A stretch of 17,747 nucleotides of DNA, from assembly GCA_002269645.1 (NCBI GenBank), contig NIVC01000451.1, positions 1 through 17,747 of the forward strand. The letters run 5' to 3'. The notes under the pieces are model-generated. The model worked only from the letters and a program-made list of their open reading frames with translations, searched no databases and had not been told where the DNA came from. Each line of letters begins with the position of its first letter. The first letter of the stretch is position 1. The DNA is from Macrostomum lignano (lineage: Eukaryota). Below are positions 16,921 to 17,747 of the stretch, in pieces. Made by a program: the position numbers and the translations under genes.

Positions 16921-17377
16921 CATAGTCCAGAAGGTGGCCTTTATGCCGGAATTTTCCGGCGTAATTTTGCACTCGCTGACAATCTTGGCGTACATTTGGC
17001 GTATAGAATATTCAGGTTCAACATGAAGTGTAAACAACCCGCGTACAAGAAATAGAAAAGTTCAGGGCTGATGCAATTGTGTAGTTAAATATCAATTAAC
17101 CAAAGCTCTTCTGAATATAAACGGTTAACAAAACAGGAAATATTAACGAAATTTACGAGAAAAACAAAATTAAAACAAAGAATATTAGTTTTTGGAAAAA
17201 ATCAGCCGTTTTCAAGTAAATAATTATTTTTAAGTTTTATAAAATACAAATTCTTTAAAAAGTTGGCGTAATAAACAACTTTTGACTTGGCGTAAAAAAA
17301 TTTTGACTTTACGTCGGCGTAAAATTGAAAGACACGAATTTTCACTCCAGCGTACGCCTGCCATGATCCGGACTATG
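16921..17377. mobile_element. 457-bp non-autonomous TIR element (MITE)
   Basis: Termini catagtccaga... and ...tccggactatg; flanking direct repeat gcatagcagc at 16911-16920 and 17378-17387; six GGCGTA motifs plus one inverted copy clustered near both ends; AT-rich non-coding interior. Confidence 0.8.
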
Positions 17378-17747
17378 GCATAGCAGCCATGTCATTAGGC
17401 CTAATATTGAATGGGTTGACACTTAAAGACACAGTGGGTGGCCATGTTATTAATATAAAATAGGTTCACACTTAGACACTGTAGGTAGCTATGTCTAATA
17501 TAGGAACTTATAGGCATGGCTGCCATGCTATGTATATAATCATTGATTGGATGAAAAGAATTGACCAACTGAAAGTTAGAGTTTTTTAAATGTAATTTAA
17601 TTTAATTTTTAAGAATAAAAAAATCATAGCAATTCTCTTAATCCATTAAGCTACTGCCACTATCTTGATTATGAGAGAGGCTATAGAATGTGTTTTATAT
17701 TGATGATTATAGCCATGCCTAAAAGCTCAAATATTATAGACATGGCC

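Overview
Eukaryotic (invertebrate animal) genomic DNA with GC-rich exons, GT-AG introns and introns/spacers filled by minisatellites. This architecture is reminiscent of the flatworm Macrostomum, but the taxon is inference only. Three co-oriented minus-strand genes run in tandem: (1) an endosomal Na+/H+ exchanger of the NHE6/7/9 clade, with 8 exons traced at 11784->4908 and its first coding exon not found in the window; (2) an intronless cytochrome b561 domain gene (CYB561D2-like, 2301->1639); (3) an intronless RRP15 gene (1005->152) broken by 2-3 single-base frameshifts. On the plus strand at 12974-13255 is a small unassigned gene for a secreted six-cysteine peptide, probably nested in NHE intron 1. 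It is followed by a decayed mariner element (13476-15062), into which a 571-bp zinc-finger-coding 3' end of a non-LTR retrotransposon has inserted with a 12-bp TSD. The AT-rich right end holds a 457-bp MITE inside a foldback repeat. Eight different tandem arrays (4, 16, 22, 27, 28, 31, 37 and 45 bp units) occupy the large introns and intergenic spacers. The best leads are the orphan Cys-rich peptide and a possible trans-spliced operon (NHE-CYB561D2-RRP15).
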